A stretch of 63,836 bases of DNA, taken from contig CAYOMO010000001.1 of NCBI GenBank assembly GCA_964405065.1, positions 1-63,836 on the forward strand, read 5' to 3'. Position 1 is the stretch's first letter. Each line of letters starts with the position of its first letter. Origin of the DNA: an uncultured Gammaproteobacteria bacterium (GTDB taxonomy: Bacteria > Patescibacteriota > Microgenomatia > Daviesbacterales > UBA10151). The notes below the pieces were generated by a model. It saw only the letters and a program-made list of their open reading frames with translations. It ran no database searches and was not told where the DNA came from. A program made the position numbers and the translations under genes. Positions 54,694 through 62,951 of this stretch are shown piece by piece.

Positions 54694-54789
54694 AAGTTAA
54701 AAGTATAATCGATGAATCTACTAAAACAAACAACAAAAGAGTTGTTTTGCGTGTTTTCATATATGTAACTATAGTGTAAAATCCAGGCA

Positions 54790-56544
54790 ATGATCATCCT
54801 TGGAATTAATAACTCACATCTTTCAACAGCAGCTCTTTTAGTAAACGGAAAACTTGTGGCTTGTATTTCCGAAGAACGATTGTCTAGGATCAAAAATCAG
54901 TCGGGACTTCCTGTAAAAGCGGTTAAAGAGGTCTTAAGAATCGCTAAAATAAAACCTAAGCAAGTAGATTACATTGTTTTTGGTTTTAAAGATCCCCAAA
55001 TTAATACTGGATATTCAGTTTATCCTACAACTTTACCAACAACTGGTTTTTCATTGACACAATTTATTTGGCAACTCAAGGAAGCTCTTTTAGCGGCTGT
55101 CCCTGTAAGTAGATATATATACCAAAGTTTAATTGGCCCCTATTATCAGCTATTTATGAATCGACAATTGGATTTGCAGCTTAGTTTGGATGTTCAAAAA
55201 AAGTTGGGAATTGGTTCAGACAAAATTATTAAATGTGATCATCATACAGCTCATGCCGCGGCAGCTTTTTATTCATCGGCTGATCACAGTAATGGCAAAA
55301 AATTAATTTTTACTTTGGATGCAATGGGGGATGGTCTCTGTGCTTCGGTTTCACAATCTGAAAATGGGGTTATGACTAGAATAGCTGCGACCAAAGCAGG
55401 TAATTCTTTAGGGGACTTATATGCGTATGTCACTTCCTATTTGGGTCTTAAAAGGGGAGAACATGAATTTAAAGTAATGGGTTTAGCTCCGTATGCCTCA
55501 GAAAAACATTTTATACCTTTGTATAAAAAGCTGAGAAAAATGATTTGGGTTAATGATGATTTAACATTTTCAACTAGTGTTTATTCGCACGTTTTTTATA
55601 AGAAATTAGACAAATTATTTTTACATCAACGATTTGATAATGTCGCTGGGGCGGTTCAAAAAGTGACAGAGGATTTATTGAAAGAATGGATTTCAAAATC
55701 GATCAAACAAACAGGTATTAAAGATATTATTTGTGGGGGTGGGGTATTTATGAATGTTAAAGCTAATCAGTTGATTTTGGAAATGCCTATGGTTCAAAGT
55801 ATGTTTATTGTTCCTAGTTGTGGTGATGAATCAACTGCATTTGGTGCGGCATTTTGGGCTTATCAAAAATATGCTAATTCCGCCAAATACCCGATTCAAC
55901 CATTACGGGAGTTGTATCTGGGGTCGGTTTTTACCGATAGAGAGATTCAATCAGAGTTGAAAAAAAATAAATATCGAGCTTTGAAAATAAATAGGTATAC
56001 TGATATCGAAAAAGAAGTGGCAAAGATCTTGTCAGAGGGTGGAATAGTGGCTAGGTTTAAAGGTCGAGCCGAATGGGGAGCCAGATCACTTGGGAACAGA
56101 TCTATTTTGGCCAATCCATCCCATTTTGGAGTAATAAAAGAGATAAATGATCAGATTAAATCACGAGATTTTTGGATGCCCTTTGCCCCTTCGATTAAAT
56201 CTGAAAATTTAGAAATATATGTCACAAATCCAAAAAAGATGAAAGTTCCCTATATGATTATTACTTTAAATTCGACATCCAAAGGACAGCAAGAATTAAT
56301 TGCTGCTATGCACCCTTATGATGGGACCTTAAGACCCCAAGAGGTATACCAAGACTGGAATCCGGATTATTGGCATTTAATAAATGAGTTTGAGAAATTG
56401 ACAGGTATAGGAGGGGTATTAAATACTTCTTTTAATTTGCATGGTTTTCCAATAGTTCAAACACCAGAAGATGCACTTGATGTCTTACTTAGATCAGGTT
56501 TGAAGCATTTAGCTATTGGATCATTTTTAGTATCCAAAAAATGA
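54790..56544 (+). CDS. NodU/CmcH-family carbamoyltransferase
   Basis: 584 aa. Carries IILGINNSHLSTAALLVNGKLVACISEERLSRIKN, CDHHTAHAAAAFYSS and WGARSLGNRSILANP. Confidence 0.88.
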   Translation: MIILGINNSHLSTAALLVNGKLVACISEERLSRIKNQSGLPVKAVKEVLRIAKIKPKQVDYIVFGFKDPQINTGYSVYPTTLPTTGFSLTQFIWQLKEALLAAVPVSRYIYQSLIGPYYQLFMNRQLDLQLSLDVQKKLGIGSDKIIKCDHHTAHAAAAFYSSADHSNGKKLIFTLDAMGDGLCASVSQSENGVMTRIAATKAGNSLGDLYAYVTSYLGLKRGEHEFKVMGLAPYASEKHFIPLYKKLRKMIWVNDDLTFSTSVYSHVFYKKLDKLFLHQRFDNVAGAVQKVTEDLLKEWISKSIKQTGIKDIICGGGVFMNVKANQLILEMPMVQSMFIVPSCGDESTAFGAAFWAYQKYANSAKYPIQPLRELYLGSVFTDREIQSELKKNKYRALKINRYTDIEKEVAKILSEGGIVARFKGRAEWGARSLGNRSILANPSHFGVIKEINDQIKSRDFWMPFAPSIKSENLEIYVTNPKKMKVPYMIITLNSTSKGQQELIAAMHPYDGTLRPQEVYQDWNPDYWHLINEFEKLTGIGGVLNTSFNLHGFPIVQTPEDALDVLLRSGLKHLAIGSFLVSKK

Positions 56545-56545
56545 G

Positions 56546-59500
56546 ATGAAAGCTTTTTCTGACTTCAGATATTTTCTGGTAATTGCTTTAATTAGTTTTT
56601 TGACGGTATCTATTTGGTTTAGGCATGGATATCAGCTGGGTACTGCTGAAGGTGGACTCCCATTTAATAATTTACAGCGTCATGCTGAAATTTTTCGTTG
56701 GGCTTGGGGGGATGGAGCGATGGGAAATTCAACCAGTTTTTTGGTCGCCTCATATCCGACATATTTTTTCCTATCTCAGTTTGAAAAGATCGGTGTGTCT
56801 GGTTTTATTATTGAGGCAACTGTTTTTTGGTTCATTCTAACTACTTCTGGAATTGGTATATTTCTGATTGCCCGAAGAATAGCAATTATTACGGGAGGTT
56901 TTTCTTTATTTGCAGTGTTTTTTTATTGGTTATCACCATTCGTATTGGTAAATGTTTGGAACCGGTTTTTATACAATCACATTTTTTTTCTTGCTCTTTT
57001 ACCACTTTGTTTTTATACCTATTGGAGAGGAATTCAGCAAAAAAAATATTCTTATCTTTTTTTGACCGTTTTGATTACGTTTTTTTATAGTTATGCGCTT
57101 ACCGCATTGGCTCTAACTACGCTACTTTTTATTGTATTTGGCTTTGTGAGTATTTATTGGATAGTTATTTTCAAAGCCCGTAATTTAAAGTTTATTTTTT
57201 TGTATAATTTACTGTTTGGATTCACTTTTGGTTTGGTTCACGCTTGGTGGCTGTCTCAGCTATTATTTATCGGTTCGTCGGCAAATTTTGCGGAGTCGGT
57301 TAGTTCATTTTTCTCTACGGAGGGCAATATCAGTGGTTTAACTGAAATAAGTCGGAAGCTGGGATCATTTATTGATCTGACGCGATATATCCATTTCAAT
57401 TTTTTCTATGATCATTCGGCTCCCTGGTCAGAGGCTTTAAGTTCACAATTGGCTTTTATTTTAAATTCAATCATTTTATTTGTTACCTTCATTGGTATTG
57501 TATTGGGTCGGAAAAATAAAGTGATATTGTTTTTTGCTTTATTCTTTTTGTTGTCTTTTTTCTTATCCAAAGGAAATAGTCCACCTTTTGGGGAATTGTA
57601 TACCTACTTTTTTGTTAAGATTTCTTTCTTGCAAATCTTTCGAAATCCCATCGAAAAAATTGGTTTAATTTCAGTTTTTTGCGGGTCACTAATAACTGCC
57701 TATGCTCTTGATGGTTTGCATCAGCGATATATCGCAAATTATACACAGAGATTTGAAGGTCGAAATTATTTACTGATCTTTCCATTACTATTGATTGGCA
57801 TTTTTTGGGGCTGGCCATTTTTTTCTGGAATTATGTTTTCTGTCTATAAAAATACGGCTGGAGAGGTAGCTTTATATCAAAGTTTAGTCCCTAGCTATTA
57901 CAAAGAGGCTGATATTATGATGTCTCAGGATGCTAGTATTTCCAGATTTCTGGCGTTGCCTTTGATGGGGGAAGGTATTACCTATGAATGGCCTATTCAT
58001 TATAGCGGAATTGATATTTATAGTACCCTTTTTCATAAACAAAATATTGCTCTTAATACAACGATTCCTTTTTATAATCAGGTAATTTATCAATTGGTTA
58101 GTTATCAATTAAAGCCAGATCTGGTCTACTTTTTGCCATATCTTGCAGTGGATCACATTCTGTTACGACGTGACGTAGCTTTTCAAGAACGTGCTTATCC
58201 CGATCCTTCACAAACTGAAGAGAATTTAAAACAACTTGAGAGTAAACAGTTAGTTAAAAAAGAGGTCGATTTTGGAGAGTTGTCGCTTTATCAGGTAGAG
58301 AAGTCTCTAAATTGGGGGAAATTTTATACTACCAACCAAATTGTTTTTACGAATGGAGTAGATTTTGCCAAAATGACAGATGGTGTTTCTGAACACAAAA
58401 GGGTATATATCAATCCTTTAATGTTTAAATCATTGCCAATTGACCCGATGGAAATACAGCTTTTTCCGGATAAGATAACATCGTACAATTGGTTGAAACC
58501 ATATCAATCTTATAACGATCAAAATTTATACGATAAATTAGTATATGTGAAGCATTCGCCCGATGATGTGATTTACCCATTTGTTAGATCCAAAGAATTA
58601 TTAACATCACTATTATATGCTGACTATCCAAAATGGGTTTTATTTAATATTAATTTATTAGGTAAACGAGCAGTTGAAATTTGTCGATATGATACAAATG
58701 CAGTTCAACCATCTAAAGAAAATAAGTTGGTCGAAAATTATCAAGCGGAGTTTCAGAATTTACAGGACCATATTCAACGGATTTCAAATGAGAATCGAGC
58801 ATTAAAGAGTGAAATATTTCAGTCTGTTATTACTCAGGCATTACTTTTGGATCGTTGTCAAAAAATAAATATAAATTTTTTCTTAGATTTTTTTGCTGAA
58901 GTCGGTATTATTTCGCCTTTTTCCAAACAGATCAGTTATGAAAATTTAACTGATGTCTCGTATCAGGTGCCTCAGTCAGGAAGTTATCTGGTAAAGAATG
59001 ATTTTGGCCAAGATTCAGATCAAATTCCAATTATTTTGACCCAGGGGAATTATAAAAAGCAGTTTTTAGAGGATGATACTTACACTAAACAAGTTGTGGC
59101 AGAATTTTCTGATTTTACGATTGATTCTAAATGGGTAGATTCTGAGCCGATAGAAATTGAGGATTATAATGCGCTGTATTCAGTAAAAGTTGATTATCAG
59201 ATTCAGTCAGGTGATTTTATGGCAATTTATGCCAAGCAAGATAACGATCCAAAATCTCAACCACGTTATTTAAATGAGTTACCAGCTCAGAATACTCAGT
59301 TTTCCATTGAGTTTTCTCCTTCATTGGGGGCAAAATATTTTCAGATTGGGATAACTGGTGATAAAAATGAATATTGTAAAGATAAATGCTCTGCACATCA
59401 AAATTCGCTTAAACTTTATGTGAAAAAGTTGGAGATTATAAAAAAAACATTTCAGTTGCCACATTTTGTTTTAAAGCAGAAAAAACCGATTCAGGAATCG

Positions 59501-59812
59501 TTGATAAGTTGGAGTAAGAAATCGCCAGTTGAATATGAGATAACAGTTAACAAAACTGATTCTCAGCCTGAGATTTTGGTATTTTCTGAATTGTTTGGTC
59601 AAGGATGGGAAATTCAAGGACAATCTTTCCAGCATATTTTAGTAAATGGATTTGCAAATGGTTGGATTTTAGATAAAGCAGGAACTTTTAAAACAACAGT
59701 CTATTATTTACCTCAAAGAAATCTTGATTTGGGTTATCAAATATCATTTGGAGCTTTATTCGCAACGATAAGTATTCTTTGGGGAGTAAAAAAATATGAA
59801 AAACATCGTTAA
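56546..59812 (+). CDS. Giant polytopic membrane protein, AftD/DUF3367-like GT-C candidate (paralog B)
   Basis: 1088 aa. Carries SIWFRHGYQLGTAEGGLPF and IFRNPIEKIGLISVF. A ~650-aa soluble region follows, then a C-terminal NGFANGWIL plus a TM. Confidence 0.6.
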   Translation: MKAFSDFRYFLVIALISFLTVSIWFRHGYQLGTAEGGLPFNNLQRHAEIFRWAWGDGAMGNSTSFLVASYPTYFFLSQFEKIGVSGFIIEATVFWFILTTSGIGIFLIARRIAIITGGFSLFAVFFYWLSPFVLVNVWNRFLYNHIFFLALLPLCFYTYWRGIQQKKYSYLFLTVLITFFYSYALTALALTTLLFIVFGFVSIYWIVIFKARNLKFIFLYNLLFGFTFGLVHAWWLSQLLFIGSSANFAESVSSFFSTEGNISGLTEISRKLGSFIDLTRYIHFNFFYDHSAPWSEALSSQLAFILNSIILFVTFIGIVLGRKNKVILFFALFFLLSFFLSKGNSPPFGELYTYFFVKISFLQIFRNPIEKIGLISVFCGSLITAYALDGLHQRYIANYTQRFEGRNYLLIFPLLLIGIFWGWPFFSGIMFSVYKNTAGEVALYQSLVPSYYKEADIMMSQDASISRFLALPLMGEGITYEWPIHYSGIDIYSTLFHKQNIALNTTIPFYNQVIYQLVSYQLKPDLVYFLPYLAVDHILLRRDVAFQERAYPDPSQTEENLKQLESKQLVKKEVDFGELSLYQVEKSLNWGKFYTTNQIVFTNGVDFAKMTDGVSEHKRVYINPLMFKSLPIDPMEIQLFPDKITSYNWLKPYQSYNDQNLYDKLVYVKHSPDDVIYPFVRSKELLTSLLYADYPKWVLFNINLLGKRAVEICRYDTNAVQPSKENKLVENYQAEFQNLQDHIQRISNENRALKSEIFQSVITQALLLDRCQKININFFLDFFAEVGIISPFSKQISYENLTDVSYQVPQSGSYLVKNDFGQDSDQIPIILTQGNYKKQFLEDDTYTKQVVAEFSDFTIDSKWVDSEPIEIEDYNALYSVKVDYQIQSGDFMAIYAKQDNDPKSQPRYLNELPAQNTQFSIEFSPSLGAKYFQIGITGDKNEYCKDKCSAHQNSLKLYVKKLEIIKKTFQLPHFVLKQKKPIQESLISWSKKSPVEYEITVNKTDSQPEILVFSELFGQGWEIQGQSFQHILVNGFANGWILDKAGTFKTTVYYLPQRNLDLGYQISFGALFATISILWGVKKYEKHR

Positions 59813-60155
59813 ATATTTCAGACAAAATAAAATAAAAAAAATAATGGTCATTTTGTTTTTATTGATTCTTGGTATTAATTATATTTATGGTTACAGATAT
59901 TCAATCCCTTTAATTGACAATTTGGTTTATAAAAACAGTTACTATCCTTTGGTTTTTTTATGGATCGGATTGGTCTGGTGTTGGAAATTATCAGAAAAAT
60001 TTTTGTTTAAAATCGGTTTTATATTATTTTTTTTCTCCAGTTTTTATCAATTGATTGATAAACGAATTGTTGCTGAAATATTAATGAGTTACTGTCTATT
60101 AGTTTTTTTAACTGCTACGATATTATCAATTAAAAAGAGTATTTCAAATGAATAG
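59796..60155 (+). CDS. Small four-TM membrane protein, unknown function
   Basis: 119 aa. Four hydrophobic segments (IMVILFLLILGINYIYG, YYPLVFLWIGLVWCW, FKIGFILFFFSSFYQL, ILMSYCLLVFLTATILSI). Overlaps the upstream gene by 17 nt. Confidence 0.6.
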   Translation: MKNIVKYFRQNKIKKIMVILFLLILGINYIYGYRYSIPLIDNLVYKNSYYPLVFLWIGLVWCWKLSEKFLFKIGFILFFFSSFYQLIDKRIVAEILMSYCLLVFLTATILSIKKSISNE

Positions 60156-60327
60156 AATAGTCCTGTTGTTTGCTTTAATATTTGTTTTGCATTTATTTGC
60201 AGCTATTTTTTTGGTCTTAACCAACCATCATGGTTGGCTTTATCCGATTTTTAGAAATATTTTTTACGGAACTATTTTAATCACTTTAATCGATATTTTT
60301 TATTTATTTACAACTTCTAAAAAATGA
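60148..60327 (+). CDS. 59-aa two-TM mini-protein (not in the supplied ORF track)
   Basis: Hand translation gives MNRIVLLFALIFVLHLFAAIFLVLTNHHGWLYPIFRNIFYGTILITLIDIFYLFTTSKK*. The ATG overlaps the upstream TAG by 8 nt, and its TGA forms an ATGA junction with the next gene. It exactly fills the gap between the two neighbours. Confidence 0.5.
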   Translation: MNRIVLLFALIFVLHLFAAIFLVLTNHHGWLYPIFRNIFYGTILITLIDIFYLFTTSKK

Positions 60328-62951
60328 AAATCTTTGTGATTGTTTTATTACTATTTTGGATAGGACTTCTACCATTTTGGAAAGCCGCTCATGACTTGCC
60401 CTACTCTTCGCAATCTTTTGTTGCAAGTCAATTACAGCTACCAACTGCTTGGAATGCAGTTGGTGGTGTTTTTGGTCAAAACCAGTTGGCAACTTTATGG
60501 TCCTGGCCAAATAATACTGTCTATTCACTAGGAGCTTCGATAGGTATTAGTTTTAATTGGTTAATCCCTTTACTGGGCATATTACCGGTTTTAATAATTG
60601 GTTTTTGGGGGATGTATTTTTTTTCCGGCATTTTTATGGCTAGTCGAGATGCTCGGTTGATAGCGGCGCTTTTTTTTCTGACAAATTCCTATATTTTGCT
60701 AGTTATCGACGGTGGGCAACTTTTATGGGGTTTGGCTTATGGAATTATTCCCTGGTGTTTAGTTACATTCTATCGTTACATCAACCAAAAGCGGCATGTT
60801 GGCTGGTTTTTATTCTGCTTTATTCTGCTTAGTTTTGCTGATCTCAGAGCGATTTATCTTTTAGGAATTATTTTAGTGATCTATTTATTAATAGAGATTT
60901 TAAGAAAACCACAAATTGGTTATTTGGTGTTTTTTATTAGGGTATTACTGGCTGGTTTATTAGCTGTTTTATGTTTAGTCCTATTGCATGCTTACTGGTT
61001 ATTACCACTTTTGATGTCGCAATCTTCAGTATTGCCTTCAAATTTATCAATTTCTTCGGAGGCAGATTTTTTATCTTTTATTAGTTTGAGTCATGCTTTT
61101 GTTTTACAACAGCCACACTGGTATTTAAATATCTTTGGTCAACTGCAACCTATTAGATTGGAGTTTATCTGGATACCTCTGCTGATTATTCCAATTTTTA
61201 TAAATAAAAGATGGTTGAATGTTCAGTTGCTGGTAATTCTGTTGGTTGGAGTATTTTTGGCGAAGGGAAATCAACCGCCTTTGGGGAGTTTATATGCACA
61301 TTTACTAAATTACATTCCGGGATTTTTTTTATTTCGAGATTCAAGTAAATTTTTTATTCTTATTGCTTTGGTTTATGCTGTTTCAGTTGGATTGTTGGTT
61401 CAGCAATTGGAAGATGCGAGGGGGCGTTTTAAAAAGTATTCCCGTTTGTTAGTCGGAGTTGTAGTAGCGCTTGTCGTTTTGATGGTTTGGCCTACTTTTA
61501 CTGGTCAAATGACAGGTTTGCTTGGTTTTTCTAAGCAAGTAGCTGAATATCAGCAGCTCGAGCAAATTTTAAAAACTGACTCATCAGAAGGTCGGGTATT
61601 GTGGATTTCTTCTAAACCACCGCTAGGGTATATGGATCAGTCAAATGTAGCCATAAATGCCGTTGATTTGATAGGTCTTCGACCTTTTAGTACTGGAATC
61701 AGGGGGACTTATGAAACACTCAACTTTTTGCGAGAAGCTTCTTATTCTGGACAGTTGTTACAAATTTCTGGAATAAAAAAGCTGGTTTATGCTTTTCCGG
61801 ATCCCAATAAAAAATACAAAGTAGATGAACAAGATTATTATGATCTGTTCTTGCAGCAATTGCAGGGTAGAGACTGGGTTTCTCCTACTGAGAACAGTCA
61901 GGTTTTAAATCTTCAAAAACCACAGCCTTTATTTCATATTCCACAAAATTATTATTTGGTAGTTGGTTCTGATGCTCTATATGGTGAGTCCACTCTATCT
62001 GCCCAGCAGAATCTTGTCAACAATGGATTAATTTTTGTAGAAGAAGAAATCTCTCCTGATCTCAATACAAATCTATTGAAACATCCAGTACTTTTATATA
62101 AAAAAGAACTTCTTGATGTAGCTATGCAGCTAGTTGATCCAAAGTACTTTTATTTTCCAAGCCAAATACTGAATTCATCTCCAAACCAAACTGGCTGGTG
62201 GAAAAGAGATACCGGTGACTTTTTATCATTTCATGATTTTTTAAAACAGAAATATCAGATCGAGAATACTGATTTTGACTTGAGAGGAGGATGGGCAGTA
62301 TCTGAAGGTCAAAACTCTCTAACAATTTCGAAAAAAGGAACACCAAATGATATTGTTCTAATCAGGCTGTTAGAAAGTAGTAGAAGTGGTGAATTGAGTG
62401 TTGAAGCAGACAATCAGAGTATTAAAAAGCTAAATACTAGTCAGGGGAAAGATCAAGTTCAGTGGCGAATTGTCGGATCAGCCGAAAAAGATTTTTCCCA
62501 GCTGACTTTAAAAACTACTGGTGATATACATTTGGTGAATGCTATTGCGATAGTCCCTAAGGCCATATTTAATCAAAGGTTACACCAGGTTGAAAGCATA
62601 CCAAAATTCTATACTAAGCTTGGAGAAAATGATGCTAATGACTCTCAAGCAAAAGTTGTTTTTGAAAAATTAAATGATGATCAGTATCAGCTTGAAGTCA
62701 CGAATCTAAGCAAACCTTCTCTGATCGTTTTTAATCAAAGATATGATCCGAAATGGACAATAAATGGTCAGCCAGCAATTCCAGTTTATTCAATTTTTAA
62801 TGGATTTTTTATTGATAAAAATGGTACATATTTAGTCGAATATAGCCCACATCGATACCTCTTTTTAGGCGGAATGATTAGTACTGGGAGTTTACTGCTT
62901 TTAATAGGCAGTGTAGTGTATAGATATTATGCAGATACGAGAAAAAATTAA
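60324..62951 (+). CDS. Giant polytopic membrane protein, AftD/DUF3367-like GT-C candidate (paralog C, more divergent)
   Basis: 875 aa and multi-TM. Carries LFRDSSKFFILIALVY. A ~430-aa soluble region follows, then YDPKWTINGQPAIPVYSIFNGFFI plus a C-terminal TM. Confidence 0.55.
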   Translation: MKIFVIVLLLFWIGLLPFWKAAHDLPYSSQSFVASQLQLPTAWNAVGGVFGQNQLATLWSWPNNTVYSLGASIGISFNWLIPLLGILPVLIIGFWGMYFFSGIFMASRDARLIAALFFLTNSYILLVIDGGQLLWGLAYGIIPWCLVTFYRYINQKRHVGWFLFCFILLSFADLRAIYLLGIILVIYLLIEILRKPQIGYLVFFIRVLLAGLLAVLCLVLLHAYWLLPLLMSQSSVLPSNLSISSEADFLSFISLSHAFVLQQPHWYLNIFGQLQPIRLEFIWIPLLIIPIFINKRWLNVQLLVILLVGVFLAKGNQPPLGSLYAHLLNYIPGFFLFRDSSKFFILIALVYAVSVGLLVQQLEDARGRFKKYSRLLVGVVVALVVLMVWPTFTGQMTGLLGFSKQVAEYQQLEQILKTDSSEGRVLWISSKPPLGYMDQSNVAINAVDLIGLRPFSTGIRGTYETLNFLREASYSGQLLQISGIKKLVYAFPDPNKKYKVDEQDYYDLFLQQLQGRDWVSPTENSQVLNLQKPQPLFHIPQNYYLVVGSDALYGESTLSAQQNLVNNGLIFVEEEISPDLNTNLLKHPVLLYKKELLDVAMQLVDPKYFYFPSQILNSSPNQTGWWKRDTGDFLSFHDFLKQKYQIENTDFDLRGGWAVSEGQNSLTISKKGTPNDIVLIRLLESSRSGELSVEADNQSIKKLNTSQGKDQVQWRIVGSAEKDFSQLTLKTTGDIHLVNAIAIVPKAIFNQRLHQVESIPKFYTKLGENDANDSQAKVVFEKLNDDQYQLEVTNLSKPSLIVFNQRYDPKWTINGQPAIPVYSIFNGFFIDKNGTYLVEYSPHRYLFLGGMISTGSLLLLIGSVVYRYYADTRKN

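Noticed and set aside
54728-54747. A small hairpin, AAACAAC-N6-GTTGTTT, in the divergent spacer between the acyltransferase and carbamoyltransferase genes.
   Set aside because: It is a 7-bp AT-rich stem in a region where no terminator is expected, and it is indistinguishable from chance in this composition.
54657-54893. A 78-aa minus-strand ORF spanning the divergent intergenic region and both gene starts.
   Set aside because: It overlaps the well-supported starts of the acyltransferase and carbamoyltransferase genes, and its translation has no domain-like features.
60304-60528. A 74-aa minus-strand ORF at the start of the 875-aa GT-C gene.
   Set aside because: It is antisense to a strongly supported membrane-protein N-terminus and to the tightly coupled 59-aa plus-strand ORF.
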